Below, one piece after another: positions 14,043 to 21,471 of a stretch of 40,321 nt of DNA. The translations under genes were made by a program, and so were the position numbers. The notes under the pieces were generated by a model, which saw only the letters and a list, made by a program, of their open reading frames with translations, made no database searches and was not told where the DNA came from. This DNA comes from a virus. Within the stretch, counting starts at the first letter, position 1. Each line of letters starts with the position of its first letter. The DNA is taken from positions 1-40,321 of IMG/VR virus record IMGVR_UViG_3300024187_000005. One strand, given 5' to 3'.

Positions 14043-14608
14043 TCTTCGCTGAATCGGACCTGATCGAACTCGAAGGCAAGCATCCGAAGCTCGACGTAAG
14101 GCGTTGTGCCGCAGACGTTGAGCGGTGGGCGCAGACCCATCTGGTGCACAATCCGCTGGCGCTGTGCGCCGCTTGGCTGGCCAAGAATCCGCGGCGCTAC
14201 CCCCGCAGCGAAAAGCCGCCGGCCGTGACGTGGATGCGCCACGCCGATGGATCGCCGCTCACGGAATCCGAGCGCCGGAACCTCGACGCCTACCGGGTCG
14301 AGCGCGGTGAAATCCCGCCGCCCACTGTCGTCGAGGAACGCTCCACGCCGAGCTACGCCGCTTTCCGTCTGGGGGTGATTGCGGAGGTTTTGGAGTCGCA
14401 TCTCACCCCCGCCGCGGTGGCCGATCGGCTCGCCCAGCACGGCGAGAAATTCGCGCTGGAGCGGAGTTCGCTCGGGCCCGAAATCGTGTTCGAGATCGGC
14501 TCGCAGAATCACGCCGCGAGCTGGCTTGATCTGCGCGATCCGCCACCGCTGCCGCCTGAGGCCGAGCCGGGATTCGTGGCCGTCCAACCGCAGGAATCCG
14601 CATGGTAG
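14039..14608 (+). CDS. Hypothetical 189-aa protein
   Basis: GTG at 14039 overlaps the upstream TGA (GTGA). VIFAESDLIELEGKHPKLDVRRCAADVERWAQTHLVHNPLALCAAWL... The antisense ORF 13790..14587 was rejected as shadow. Confidence 0.7.
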   Translation: MIFAESDLIELEGKHPKLDVRRCAADVERWAQTHLVHNPLALCAAWLAKNPRRYPRSEKPPAVTWMRHADGSPLTESERRNLDAYRVERGEIPPPTVVEERSTPSYAAFRLGVIAEVLESHLTPAAVADRLAQHGEKFALERSSLGPEIVFEIGSQNHAASWLDLRDPPPLPPEAEPGFVAVQPQESAW

Positions 14609-14832
14609 CGCACGGGGGCAAGGGGGATAGGGGCAGGCTGGTGCTAACGCGCAAGTTCGGGGAGTCGGTGGAGATATTTGCCGGCGGCGAGCGCATCACG
14701 GTCACGCTCGCTGCGACCGCTCGTGGCGGGTTCAAGCTCATGCTTGAGGCGGCGCGTCACGTGCGGATCGTGCGCAGCGAGCTGCCGGACTGGCGTGAGG
14801 CGGATGCGCCGCTGGCTCAGGAAGGGGCCTAG
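14602..14832 (+). CDS. csrA: CsrA/RsmA-family RNA-binding regulator homolog
   Basis: RLVLTRKFGESVEIFAGGERITVTLAATARGGFKLMLEAARHVRIVRSEL aligns with CsrA ([47 protein letters not shown]), including the LxLTR(K/R)xGE strand and the Arg of the (H/V)R.E(I/L) motif. The ATG at 14602 gives an 11-aa N-terminal extension. An internal GTG/CTG start at LVLTRK is possible. Confidence 0.8.
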   Translation: MVAHGGKGDRGRLVLTRKFGESVEIFAGGERITVTLAATARGGFKLMLEAARHVRIVRSELPDWREADAPLAQEGA

Positions 14833-14880
14833 CGTGTCCGTACAGCCCCGAACGGGCGGCGGTGTGGGAAAACGGACACG
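14833..14880 (+). promoter_or_regulatory. 9-bp inverted repeat immediately after the csrA stop
   Basis: CGTGTCCGT (14833..14841) pairs with ACGGACACG (14872..14880), closing a 30-nt loop. Followed by ccacaGGGAGGcagaATG, the RBS of the next gene. Confidence 0.35.
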
Positions 14881-14922
14881 GGCGGCCCTCGGGCCTGCCA
14901 AAATCGACCACAGGGAGGCAGA

Positions 14923-16299
14923 ATGACGGTCTTGACCGATCCCCGCACGGTAATCACGCCGGCCACGATCGCGCGGCGTCCATACCTGACGCCGTATCTC
15001 GAACCCGGCTTCGGTTCGACGCTCGTGCGCATCTGCGGCGATACGGGCAGCGCGACGGCTCCGTTTATCCCGACGTGGAATATCGACGCGCGGCATCACT
15101 ACTCTAAAGATCAGCCGTGGAACGCCGATGGCACGCTCGTGAAGCTCGAGCAGCGCGGCGGCAAGCCGGGCGACTTCATCGTCGACGGAAGGACGTGGCA
15201 TCCGATCATGGGCGACATTGGCATCTTCGGTCAGTGCTACGAGACGCGCTGGCATCCGCTCCAGCCCAACGTCATGGTCGGCTGGATCAAGTCGGTGGGC
15301 GATGTGGTCGTGTTCAATCCGATCACGAACGTCGAGATTCACCGCGTGCACATCGGCAACACGACGATCAGCCCGATGGGCGAAGGTGCGCTTAGCGAGG
15401 ACGGCAACATGCTCGCGCTGGGCGACACGGCGAGCAATGCGCTCGTGGTCGACATCGCGAACAGTCGCGTAGGACCGCTGACGAAGATCGTCTATCCCGG
15501 TGATCCGGCGTGGACGCTCAACAACCTGACGATGAGTCCGCTATCCACGTCCGCCGGCGGTTACGTCGTGTTCGGTGGCGACAGCGACAAGGGCATGGTG
15601 TGCAGTTACGGCGGTGCCGACCTGGCGCTTGTGATGCCGCGCGCGTTCTCTCTCGCGATGAGCCACGCCGACGTCGGTGTCTCGCCCGCGGGGCGTGAGG
15701 TGTACGTGGGCGGCGCGCGTGCGTACTACGGCTCCGGCACGTTCACGAACAAGGACGGGCGCATCATCTCGATCGACATCGCGACCGGCGCGTTCACGCA
15801 TGTCAGCATGGGCACCAACCAGCTCGGGGCGATCGGCAAGGAGTCGGGTGATCAGCATTGCTCCTGCCGCGGCCCGCGTGGCTGGGTGCTGACCACCTAC
15901 GCCGGCCCGCAGGAGGGCGGCGGGCAATTCTGCATGGAACTCGTCGCGTGGAAGCTGGACGGCTCGCGCGAGTGCGTGCGGTTCGGTGTGACGCGCACCA
16001 ACGAGGCGGGCATCTACCGCGCCGAGGCGCATGGTGTGATGCGGCGCGACGGCAAGGCGGTGATGTTCGCATCGAACAACCAGTGGGCGACGCCGGGGAT
16101 TTTGGGAGATCCTAACGACATCAAGGCGCACGTGTACGTGCTGGACAGCGTGACGCCGCCGCCGAGTACGCAGGATCGGTTCTACGTCGACCCGGCGTTC
16201 ACCTATCAGCCGCCGGGCGCGGTGTTCGATCACGCCACCGGGCGGATCGTGCCGCTGCCGGAAGTCGCACGTCTGCTCAACACGGCGAAGTGGTCGTGA
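14923..16299 (+). CDS. TolB-like / oligogalacturonate-lyase-like beta-propeller protein, paralog A
   Basis: ATG after GGGAGG. Shares FG.(K/T).(V/T)R(I/V).GDTG, HHYSKDQPWN.D, EAHGV....DG(K/R).VMFASN and D(I/V)KA(H/Y)V with the next gene. Repeated ..DG..(L/V).. blade-like motifs. Confidence 0.8.
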   Translation: MTVLTDPRTVITPATIARRPYLTPYLEPGFGSTLVRICGDTGSATAPFIPTWNIDARHHYSKDQPWNADGTLVKLEQRGGKPGDFIVDGRTWHPIMGDIGIFGQCYETRWHPLQPNVMVGWIKSVGDVVVFNPITNVEIHRVHIGNTTISPMGEGALSEDGNMLALGDTASNALVVDIANSRVGPLTKIVYPGDPAWTLNNLTMSPLSTSAGGYVVFGGDSDKGMVCSYGGADLALVMPRAFSLAMSHADVGVSPAGREVYVGGARAYYGSGTFTNKDGRIISIDIATGAFTHVSMGTNQLGAIGKESGDQHCSCRGPRGWVLTTYAGPQEGGGQFCMELVAWKLDGSRECVRFGVTRTNEAGIYRAEAHGVMRRDGKAVMFASNNQWATPGILGDPNDIKAHVYVLDSVTPPPSTQDRFYVDPAFTYQPPGAVFDHATGRIVPLPEVARLLNTAKWS

Positions 16300-16341
16300 T
16301 GTACAATCCCGCACGGCTCCGAGCCACGAGGAGATAGCCGA

Positions 16342-17961
16342 ATGACTGACACAACGCCGCCGCCGGTTCGCGTTGAACCCATCGTTTCCGGCGTCTCGCT
16401 TATTTCGGGCCCGCAGGTTATTAGCGATCCGATGGCTACGGTTACGGTGGCTGCGGCGCCGCGCCCGGAGTATCTATCCGAACTGCGCCTGACTGGCTTC
16501 GGCACCAAGATCACGCGTGTCACGGGTGACACTGGAACGACGATTCCCTACCTCGGCGGCACGTGGGCCAAGTGTTCGCGGCATCACTACAGCAAGGACC
16601 AGCCGTGGAACGATGACAGTTCGTTGCTGTACCTGATTCAGCGCAAGGCTGCCGACGGCACCAAGGTCCCCGACAACTCGCCTGATCTGATCATCCTGGA
16701 CGGCAGCACCTACACGCCGCTGTTCGGCAACAAGAACACGACGCACAACCTCGACATCCTGTCACGCTGTATCGGCGGTGCCAACGGGGAGTTCCGGTGG
16801 CGTCCGACGCACCCGACGCAGTGCGTGATGTGGAACAGCGCCTCGCAACTTCTCACCGTTGTGGAACTGCTGTCGCAGACGATCGTGTGGCAGGTGCATA
16901 TTCCGCACGCGTGCAACGACAATTCGTTGTCGTCGGCCGCGGTGCCGCGTGGCAGCGAGTCGTTCGGGATGCTGGGCGAGGGCAATCTCTCGTTCGACGG
17001 CCGCTATCTCGTGTTGTGTTCGCATTGGTGGAAGCCGGCGCAACAGGGCATTGTCGACGAGTTCTGTGTTGTGGATCTCGACGCCAAGGTCGTGGGGCCG
17101 ATGAACCAGGTCCCGATGACGGCGGCGCTCGCGGCGACTGGCGACTACGGCGACATCGACTGGGCGTCGATCTCTCCCTCCGGGAAGTACGTTGTCGTGA
17201 AGTTCTCGAGCACGAGCAACCCGGAATACGCGCGATGCTGGAAGGTCAATGCCTCGACGCTGGTGGCGTCGCAGAGTCTGTACGACGCGGGTGATAATCC
17301 GCTGTTCTCGAACGCGCTCGACGTACACGGCTGGCTCGCGACGATGGGTCACGCAGACATGACGACCGATCCATCGCCCGAGGTGTTGACGGGCGAGACG
17401 GACGTTTATGTTGGCAAGTGCAAGGACCCGTCATACTCGAATCATTGCAGTAGCGCCGACTTTGCGGCGCTGGGGCCGATGATTACGCAGGGGCTGGAAA
17501 AGGGTACGCACCATCACGACTCGCTCGGCACGACGGGTCTGTCCGGTGCACATCTCAACGAGCCTCGCCACACGAGCTGCAGGTGCTATAAGGATCCGTT
17601 ACACGCTTTGGTAACGCACTACGTCAACGCATCGAATAAGTTGTCGGATGAGTTGGTGTTTTGGCAGTTGGACAGTAGTGATGCGTTCATATCCAGAATT
17701 GCGACGACGCGCAGCGACGACAGCGTCGGCTTCGTGTGCGAGGCGCATGGCGTTCCGTCTCCTGATGGCAGGAAGGTCATGTTCGCATCCAACTGGCAGT
17801 TGAACGCGAACCCCGCTTATCCCGACAAGTACGACGTCAAGGCGTATGTGGTCGATGTCGACCAGACCGATCTGACGGTCACGGCGGACGAATCGCGCGT
17901 GCCGCAGTTCGGGCCTGATTGGGATCCGCGACTGCCATACGCAAGCTGGTTGAACCAATGA
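16342..17961 (+). CDS. TolB-like / oligogalacturonate-lyase-like beta-propeller protein, paralog B
   Basis: ATG after GAGGAG. Motifs FGTKITRVTGDTG, RHHYSKDQPWNDDSS, SISPSGKYVVVKF, CEAHGVPSPDGRKVMFASNWQ, YDVKAYVVDV. Confidence 0.8.
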   Translation: MTDTTPPPVRVEPIVSGVSLISGPQVISDPMATVTVAAAPRPEYLSELRLTGFGTKITRVTGDTGTTIPYLGGTWAKCSRHHYSKDQPWNDDSSLLYLIQRKAADGTKVPDNSPDLIILDGSTYTPLFGNKNTTHNLDILSRCIGGANGEFRWRPTHPTQCVMWNSASQLLTVVELLSQTIVWQVHIPHACNDNSLSSAAVPRGSESFGMLGEGNLSFDGRYLVLCSHWWKPAQQGIVDEFCVVDLDAKVVGPMNQVPMTAALAATGDYGDIDWASISPSGKYVVVKFSSTSNPEYARCWKVNASTLVASQSLYDAGDNPLFSNALDVHGWLATMGHADMTTDPSPEVLTGETDVYVGKCKDPSYSNHCSSADFAALGPMITQGLEKGTHHHDSLGTTGLSGAHLNEPRHTSCRCYKDPLHALVTHYVNASNKLSDELVFWQLDSSDAFISRIATTRSDDSVGFVCEAHGVPSPDGRKVMFASNWQLNANPAYPDKYDVKAYVVDVDQTDLTVTADESRVPQFGPDWDPRLPYASWLNQ

Positions 17962-18608
17962 GCGAAGAGCACGCCAGCAAACAAGACACGCTCAACAAGA
18001 TTGCGCGCGACCTGTTCGAGTTGCGGCACGATCAACGCTGGGCGATCGACCGGCTGACGACGCTGTCGTCCAATGTGCAGGAGATGGGCTGGGCGCTCAA
18101 GGCGTTGCTCGACTTCGTGTCGAGCGGCGGTGGCATAGGCCACACGACGATTCATGTCACAGCGGTAGAACTCAAACCTGAGGAGAGTCACATGCCACCG
18201 ATCGACCACATGCCATTGCTGCAGCTCCCGTCGTCCACCGTGCGCGCCATGCTGAGCGTGTCGAATCCGCGCAAGGCCGACGGCTCGCGCGTCACCTCCG
18301 TCACGTGGAGTTCGAGCGACGAGTCGCAGGTTTCGCTCGAAGCGATCCCGGACAGCACCGTCAAGGTGCCGGATCCCAACTGGGTCGATCCGGGCGACGG
18401 CTCGAGTGCGCCGCTGGTCGACTTCATCGACACCGACGGGTTGCCCAACAGCGTGTTCGCGACCTACGCCGACACGCCGCTCGACGCGGGCGACGCCACC
18501 GTCACGGTCAAGGCTGCGGGTATGGCGGACTGCGACATCGAGATCAAGTACTCGGACCCCGCGGTCGGCCACTTCGCGATCACGGGCGTTCAGGTGCCGG
18601 AGGCGTAG
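17958..18608 (+). CDS. Hypothetical protein with an Ig-like (Big_2-like) C-terminal region
   Basis: ATG at 17958 overlaps the upstream TGA (ATGA). VTSVTWSSSDESQVSLEAIPDSTVKV...GDATVTVKAAGMADCDIEIKY resembles a bacterial Ig-like domain. Confidence 0.7.
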   Translation: MSEEHASKQDTLNKIARDLFELRHDQRWAIDRLTTLSSNVQEMGWALKALLDFVSSGGGIGHTTIHVTAVELKPEESHMPPIDHMPLLQLPSSTVRAMLSVSNPRKADGSRVTSVTWSSSDESQVSLEAIPDSTVKVPDPNWVDPGDGSSAPLVDFIDTDGLPNSVFATYADTPLDAGDATVTVKAAGMADCDIEIKYSDPAVGHFAITGVQVPEA

Positions 18609-18609
18609 G

Positions 18610-18822
18610 GTGTCCGGCAAAGCCGACGACACGCTGGGCCAGAAGGCAAAGGGCCTGTTCGGCTCGCTACGGTTCTGGACGGTGACGTTGGGTGCGGTGG
18701 CTTACGGCATCGCGCATCCGGCCGAGATCGCGGATACCATCGCCAAGTGGCTCGGGGCGGTGACGCTGATCGGGTCGGCCGACTCGGTGGCGGAGAAGTT
18801 CTCGTCCAAGAAGCCGACGTAG
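18610..18822 (+). CDS. 70-aa membrane protein (two hydrophobic segments)
   Basis: GTG at 18610 preceded by GGAGGCGTAGG. LRFWTVTLGAVAYGIA and WLGAVTLIG. Confidence 0.65.
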   Translation: MSGKADDTLGQKAKGLFGSLRFWTVTLGAVAYGIAHPAEIADTIAKWLGAVTLIGSADSVAEKFSSKKPT

Positions 18823-18835
18823 CGTAGTGTAGCGA

Positions 18836-18909
18836 AGCGGGGTGGGGAAGCCAGGTGTCCCGCCGGCCTCATAAGCCGGAGATCGCGGGTTCAAATCCCG
18901 CCCCCGTTA
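18836..18909 (+). tRNA. tRNA with CAU anticodon (elongator Met or lysidine-dependent Ile2)
   Basis: Hand-folded cloverleaf. Acceptor AGCGGGG/CCCCGTT (one G-U). U8. D arm GGGA-AGCCAGGTG-TCCC. Anticodon arm CCGGC-CTCATAA-GCCGG. Variable loop AGATC. T arm GCGGG-TTCAAAT-CCCGC. Discriminator A. No encoded CCA. Confidence 0.9.
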
Positions 18910-19011
18910 CATCAGGGCCGGCGTGCGCCGACGTGCGCCGGTCCTAGTAAACTCCGTCGTCGGTGGGCTTCGGTTTCCATGGATAGGGAAGCCTCACAGC
19001 AGGAGCACCAG

Positions 19012-19515
19012 GTGTATCGCAGGATCGCAGTACTCGCAGGATTGCTGACGCTCGCGTTCGCCACGGGCGTGAACGCGGAATGTGATCACGTCTCGAGTTC
19101 GTGCCCCAACGTCGCCAACTGGCACATCGAAGGCCACGCTGGCGGATTTACCCTCTCCATGACGCTGCTACAGAACTCGCCCACGCATCAGGACTGGGCG
19201 CGGCTGTTCGATTGCGCGACGTGCGGCGACGATGGTCGCTGGGGAGTCGCACTGGGTGCGCGCCTGGTTGGGGCGTCCGGATACTACAGCATCGTGCCGC
19301 TCGCGGGCGTCGCGGTGACCGACTCCACGTTCCGCGTGGACGTCGCCTACCCTGCAGGCGATTACGAGTACATCGCGGACGTTGACGGCTTCTGGCCGGG
19401 CGAGAACGATTTCTGCCCGTCGCTAGACACGCTTGGCGTGTTCTCGGTGCCGAGTGCCACGCCCGCGCGTGCCGCAAGCTGGGGTGATGTGAAGCGGCGC
19501 TGGGGGCGGCCATGA
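19012..19515 (+). CDS. Secreted Cys-containing protein, paralog 1
   Basis: GTG at 19012 after AGGAGCACCAG gives the signal peptide (M)YRRIAVLAGLLTLAFATGVNA/E. The ATG at 18979 has no SD. C-terminus VPSATPARAASWGDVKRRWGRP is shared with the next gene. Confidence 0.75.
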   Translation: MYRRIAVLAGLLTLAFATGVNAECDHVSSSCPNVANWHIEGHAGGFTLSMTLLQNSPTHQDWARLFDCATCGDDGRWGVALGARLVGASGYYSIVPLAGVAVTDSTFRVDVAYPAGDYEYIADVDGFWPGENDFCPSLDTLGVFSVPSATPARAASWGDVKRRWGRP

Positions 19516-19982
19516 TCCGGGCTGCGCTGCTTGCCGTGTTACTTGCCGTCGCCTCCCCGGCTGCGGCTAATCCGCCGTGCCACACTTCGAACGCGACGCC
19601 GATCATCACGGACTGGACGGTCACGCCCGGGCCGGGCACGCTCACATTCGACGCCAACCTCAAGGCGCGCGCGCCGGATCTGCGACCGTCTCAGATCTAC
19701 TACGCGTTTGGCGGGAGCGCGTGGTGGTCCGTGAGCATCGAGCTTGACCCGAGCTTCCCGACCGACCTGTCGAACGCCACGGTCACAGACTCCACGTTCC
19801 ACGCGGTGTTGCACGTCGAGCCCGGCGACTACTCGTACGACGCGTGCGTCATGGGAGACGTCATGTCCGAGCCGGAGCTGTGCCCGTGTGCCTATCAGTT
19901 CAAGGGCTTCCTGATTGTGCCGGCAGTGACGCCGACGCGGCGTGAATCGTGGGGTGCGGTGCGGGAAAGGTGGGCACGGTGA
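19512..19982 (+). CDS. Secreted Cys-containing protein, paralog 2
   Basis: ATGA overlap. Signal peptide MIRAALLAVLLAVASPAAA/N. Shares VTDSTF..V....GDY.Y.A.V.G and VP..TP.R..SWG.V..RW with the previous gene. Confidence 0.8.
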   Translation: MIRAALLAVLLAVASPAAANPPCHTSNATPIITDWTVTPGPGTLTFDANLKARAPDLRPSQIYYAFGGSAWWSVSIELDPSFPTDLSNATVTDSTFHAVLHVEPGDYSYDACVMGDVMSEPELCPCAYQFKGFLIVPAVTPTRRESWGAVRERWAR

Positions 19983-20254
19983 GCAAGCATGATGGCTGGC
20001 ACTATTGGCGAGAATGCCATGCCTGCGGCTACTGCGGTGCGGATTATCTCCATTGCGCGCACGACGGCGTGCAATCTTCTTGTACGCGGTGCGGCGAGAA
20101 GCTGCCGACGTTGCCGGGAGAATGTGAGTGCGAGTTCTGGCCGTTCGAGCCGCCGCCGATGGCCACTCCGGTCATTGAGATGTCATTGGAGGAAGCTCGC
20201 GAAAAGTACCCTTCGCGAAATCCCGACGATGAAATCTTCCCGAGAGTGCCATGA
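19979..20254 (+). CDS. Cys/His-rich zinc-binding protein (91 aa)
   Basis: GTGA overlap. WRECHACGYCGADYLHCAHDGVQSSCTRCGEKL. Confidence 0.7.
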   Translation: MSKHDGWHYWRECHACGYCGADYLHCAHDGVQSSCTRCGEKLPTLPGECECEFWPFEPPPMATPVIEMSLEEAREKYPSRNPDDEIFPRVP

Positions 20255-20625
20255 GCTGCGTAAAAGACGATTTCGCAGCCGCACTTTCCGCAGTGAACGC
20301 CCCCGGAGTCGTGCTGCCGCCGTGGGGTGTTGACTTGAAGCCCGGCTCTGAATTGTCGGCGCGAAAGAACTCCATCGGCATCATGGGCGGATGCACGATC
20401 GAACATGACCACGCGGATCCCGATGATGCCTGCGTGCTGGTGGAGTTTGCGGTCGTCTGGAACAACGACGCGCGGGAGCTGGCTGCTCACCGCACGAACA
20501 AACGGGAAGTGGCAACTGCGCGTGCAATGGTTGCGGCGTTCAACCTGTTGGCAAGGCACGGCGAGGCGATCGCGTCTGCGTTGAGCGATGATCACGACGC
20601 CAGCGGCAAGGATGATTGGGCGTGA
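20251..20625 (+). CDS. Hypothetical 124-aa protein
   Basis: ATGA overlap at 20251. No recognisable motif. Confidence 0.7.
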   Translation: MSCVKDDFAAALSAVNAPGVVLPPWGVDLKPGSELSARKNSIGIMGGCTIEHDHADPDDACVLVEFAVVWNNDARELAAHRTNKREVATARAMVAAFNLLARHGEAIASALSDDHDASGKDDWA

Positions 20626-21128
20626 CTGACGCCGACTCACGCGAGGCGCATCGCCACGGCGAAACGCGCGGCTTCGAGACGGGCGGCACGCTGCGCAACG
20701 GGCTTGGCCCGCAGCCGATGCGTGGCCTTGCGCCGATCCGCAACCTCGCAGCAGCGGCGCGCGACGAGGTGCAGGAGCGGCTGTCCGTCGTCACCGTGGA
20801 TTGGTGCCAGAACGTCATTGACGGCGTGCGCAAGAAGAAGCGTAACGAGATGAATCTCTGGGCTGCAGCGATGCGGATTATCGGCGCCGAGGTCGAGATC
20901 AACGTGAACCTGGCGGCGCTGCACGCGTGGGGCATCCCGGCGAACGAGGTGACGGAGATCATCGAGCGGGACAAGTCGTGGCGTGCTGTCACGCTCGATG
21001 ACGGCGAGCGTGACAGCATCGAGGTCCTGAAGTGGGTGATGGCGATGGACGGTACGCGGCGCGAGCGCATTCTCGCGGCGTTGGGAGGCGGCGATGTTCG
21101 GCAGATCGAAGCCAACGGCAAGGGTTGA
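20622..21128 (+). CDS. Hypothetical 168-aa protein (small-terminase candidate by position only)
   Basis: GTGA overlap at 20622. Antisense ORFs 20540..21184 and 20637..21239 were rejected as shadow. Confidence 0.6.
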   Translation: MTDADSREAHRHGETRGFETGGTLRNGLGPQPMRGLAPIRNLAAAARDEVQERLSVVTVDWCQNVIDGVRKKKRNEMNLWAAAMRIIGAEVEINVNLAALHAWGIPANEVTEIIERDKSWRAVTLDDGERDSIEVLKWVMAMDGTRRERILAALGGGDVRQIEANGKG

Positions 21129-21471
21129 GCCCCCGGCCGTGACGACGGTGGTCGCGCCGCCGCCTCCCGCTGGCCGCTGTCCACACTGCCAAGCGATCGA
21201 GAGCGTGGCCGTGCTCAACATTGTCTCGTGGTCGATCACGAACGACGTGCCGCCAATCGTGACGGAGCACGTTATCGGCCATCGTTATGCCTGCCAGCGT
21301 TGTCCGCATATTTACAGCGTGTCGCCCGCGGGAACGTTTGATCACCATTGCCAGTCGAGCCCGCTCACGCCGGAAGTGCCGGCGCCGCCGATTGAATCGG
21401 AACCTCCGACGAATGGCGTGTTGCCTCCGGGGTACGAGCGGCCGGTTCCTAAAGCGCGGCCGCGGGTATGA
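21094..21471 (+). CDS. Zinc-ribbon protein (125 aa)
   Basis: ATG at 21094 after GGGAGGCGGCG. CPHCQ...CQRCPH. Overlaps the upstream gene by 35 nt. Confidence 0.7.
   Translation: MFGRSKPTARVEPPAVTTVVAPPPPAGRCPHCQAIESVAVLNIVSWSITNDVPPIVTEHVIGHRYACQRCPHIYSVSPAGTFDHHCQSSPLTPEVPAPPIESEPPTNGVLPPGYERPVPKARPRV

Noticed and set aside
18667-18894. 75-aa minus-strand ORF
   Set aside because: It runs antisense through a plus-strand gene and across most of the tRNA, so it is not credible as a gene.
18836-18909. The tRNA as an attP or integration-site remnant
   Set aside because: The tRNA is full-length and folds canonically. There is no integrase or excisionase, and no partial tRNA duplicate elsewhere in the genome.
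18915-18940. GC-rich hairpin after the tRNA (CCGGCG-N12-CGCCGG) as an intrinsic terminator
   Set aside because: The stem is only about 6 bp, with no following U-tract. It also contains the direct repeat CGTGCGCCG x2, which may be the real feature. Too weak to call.
9295-21239. Other overlapping ORFs in the early and accessory regions (e.g. 9295..9897-, 9348..10076+, 9904..10518-, 13790..14587-, 14644..15351-, 15541..16314-, 16762..17352-, 17817..18632-, 20044..20640-, 20540..21239-)
   Set aside because: Same reasoning. Their composition is Arg/His/Asp/Gly-rich and low in complexity, and they lie opposite genes that have clear motifs or paralog support.
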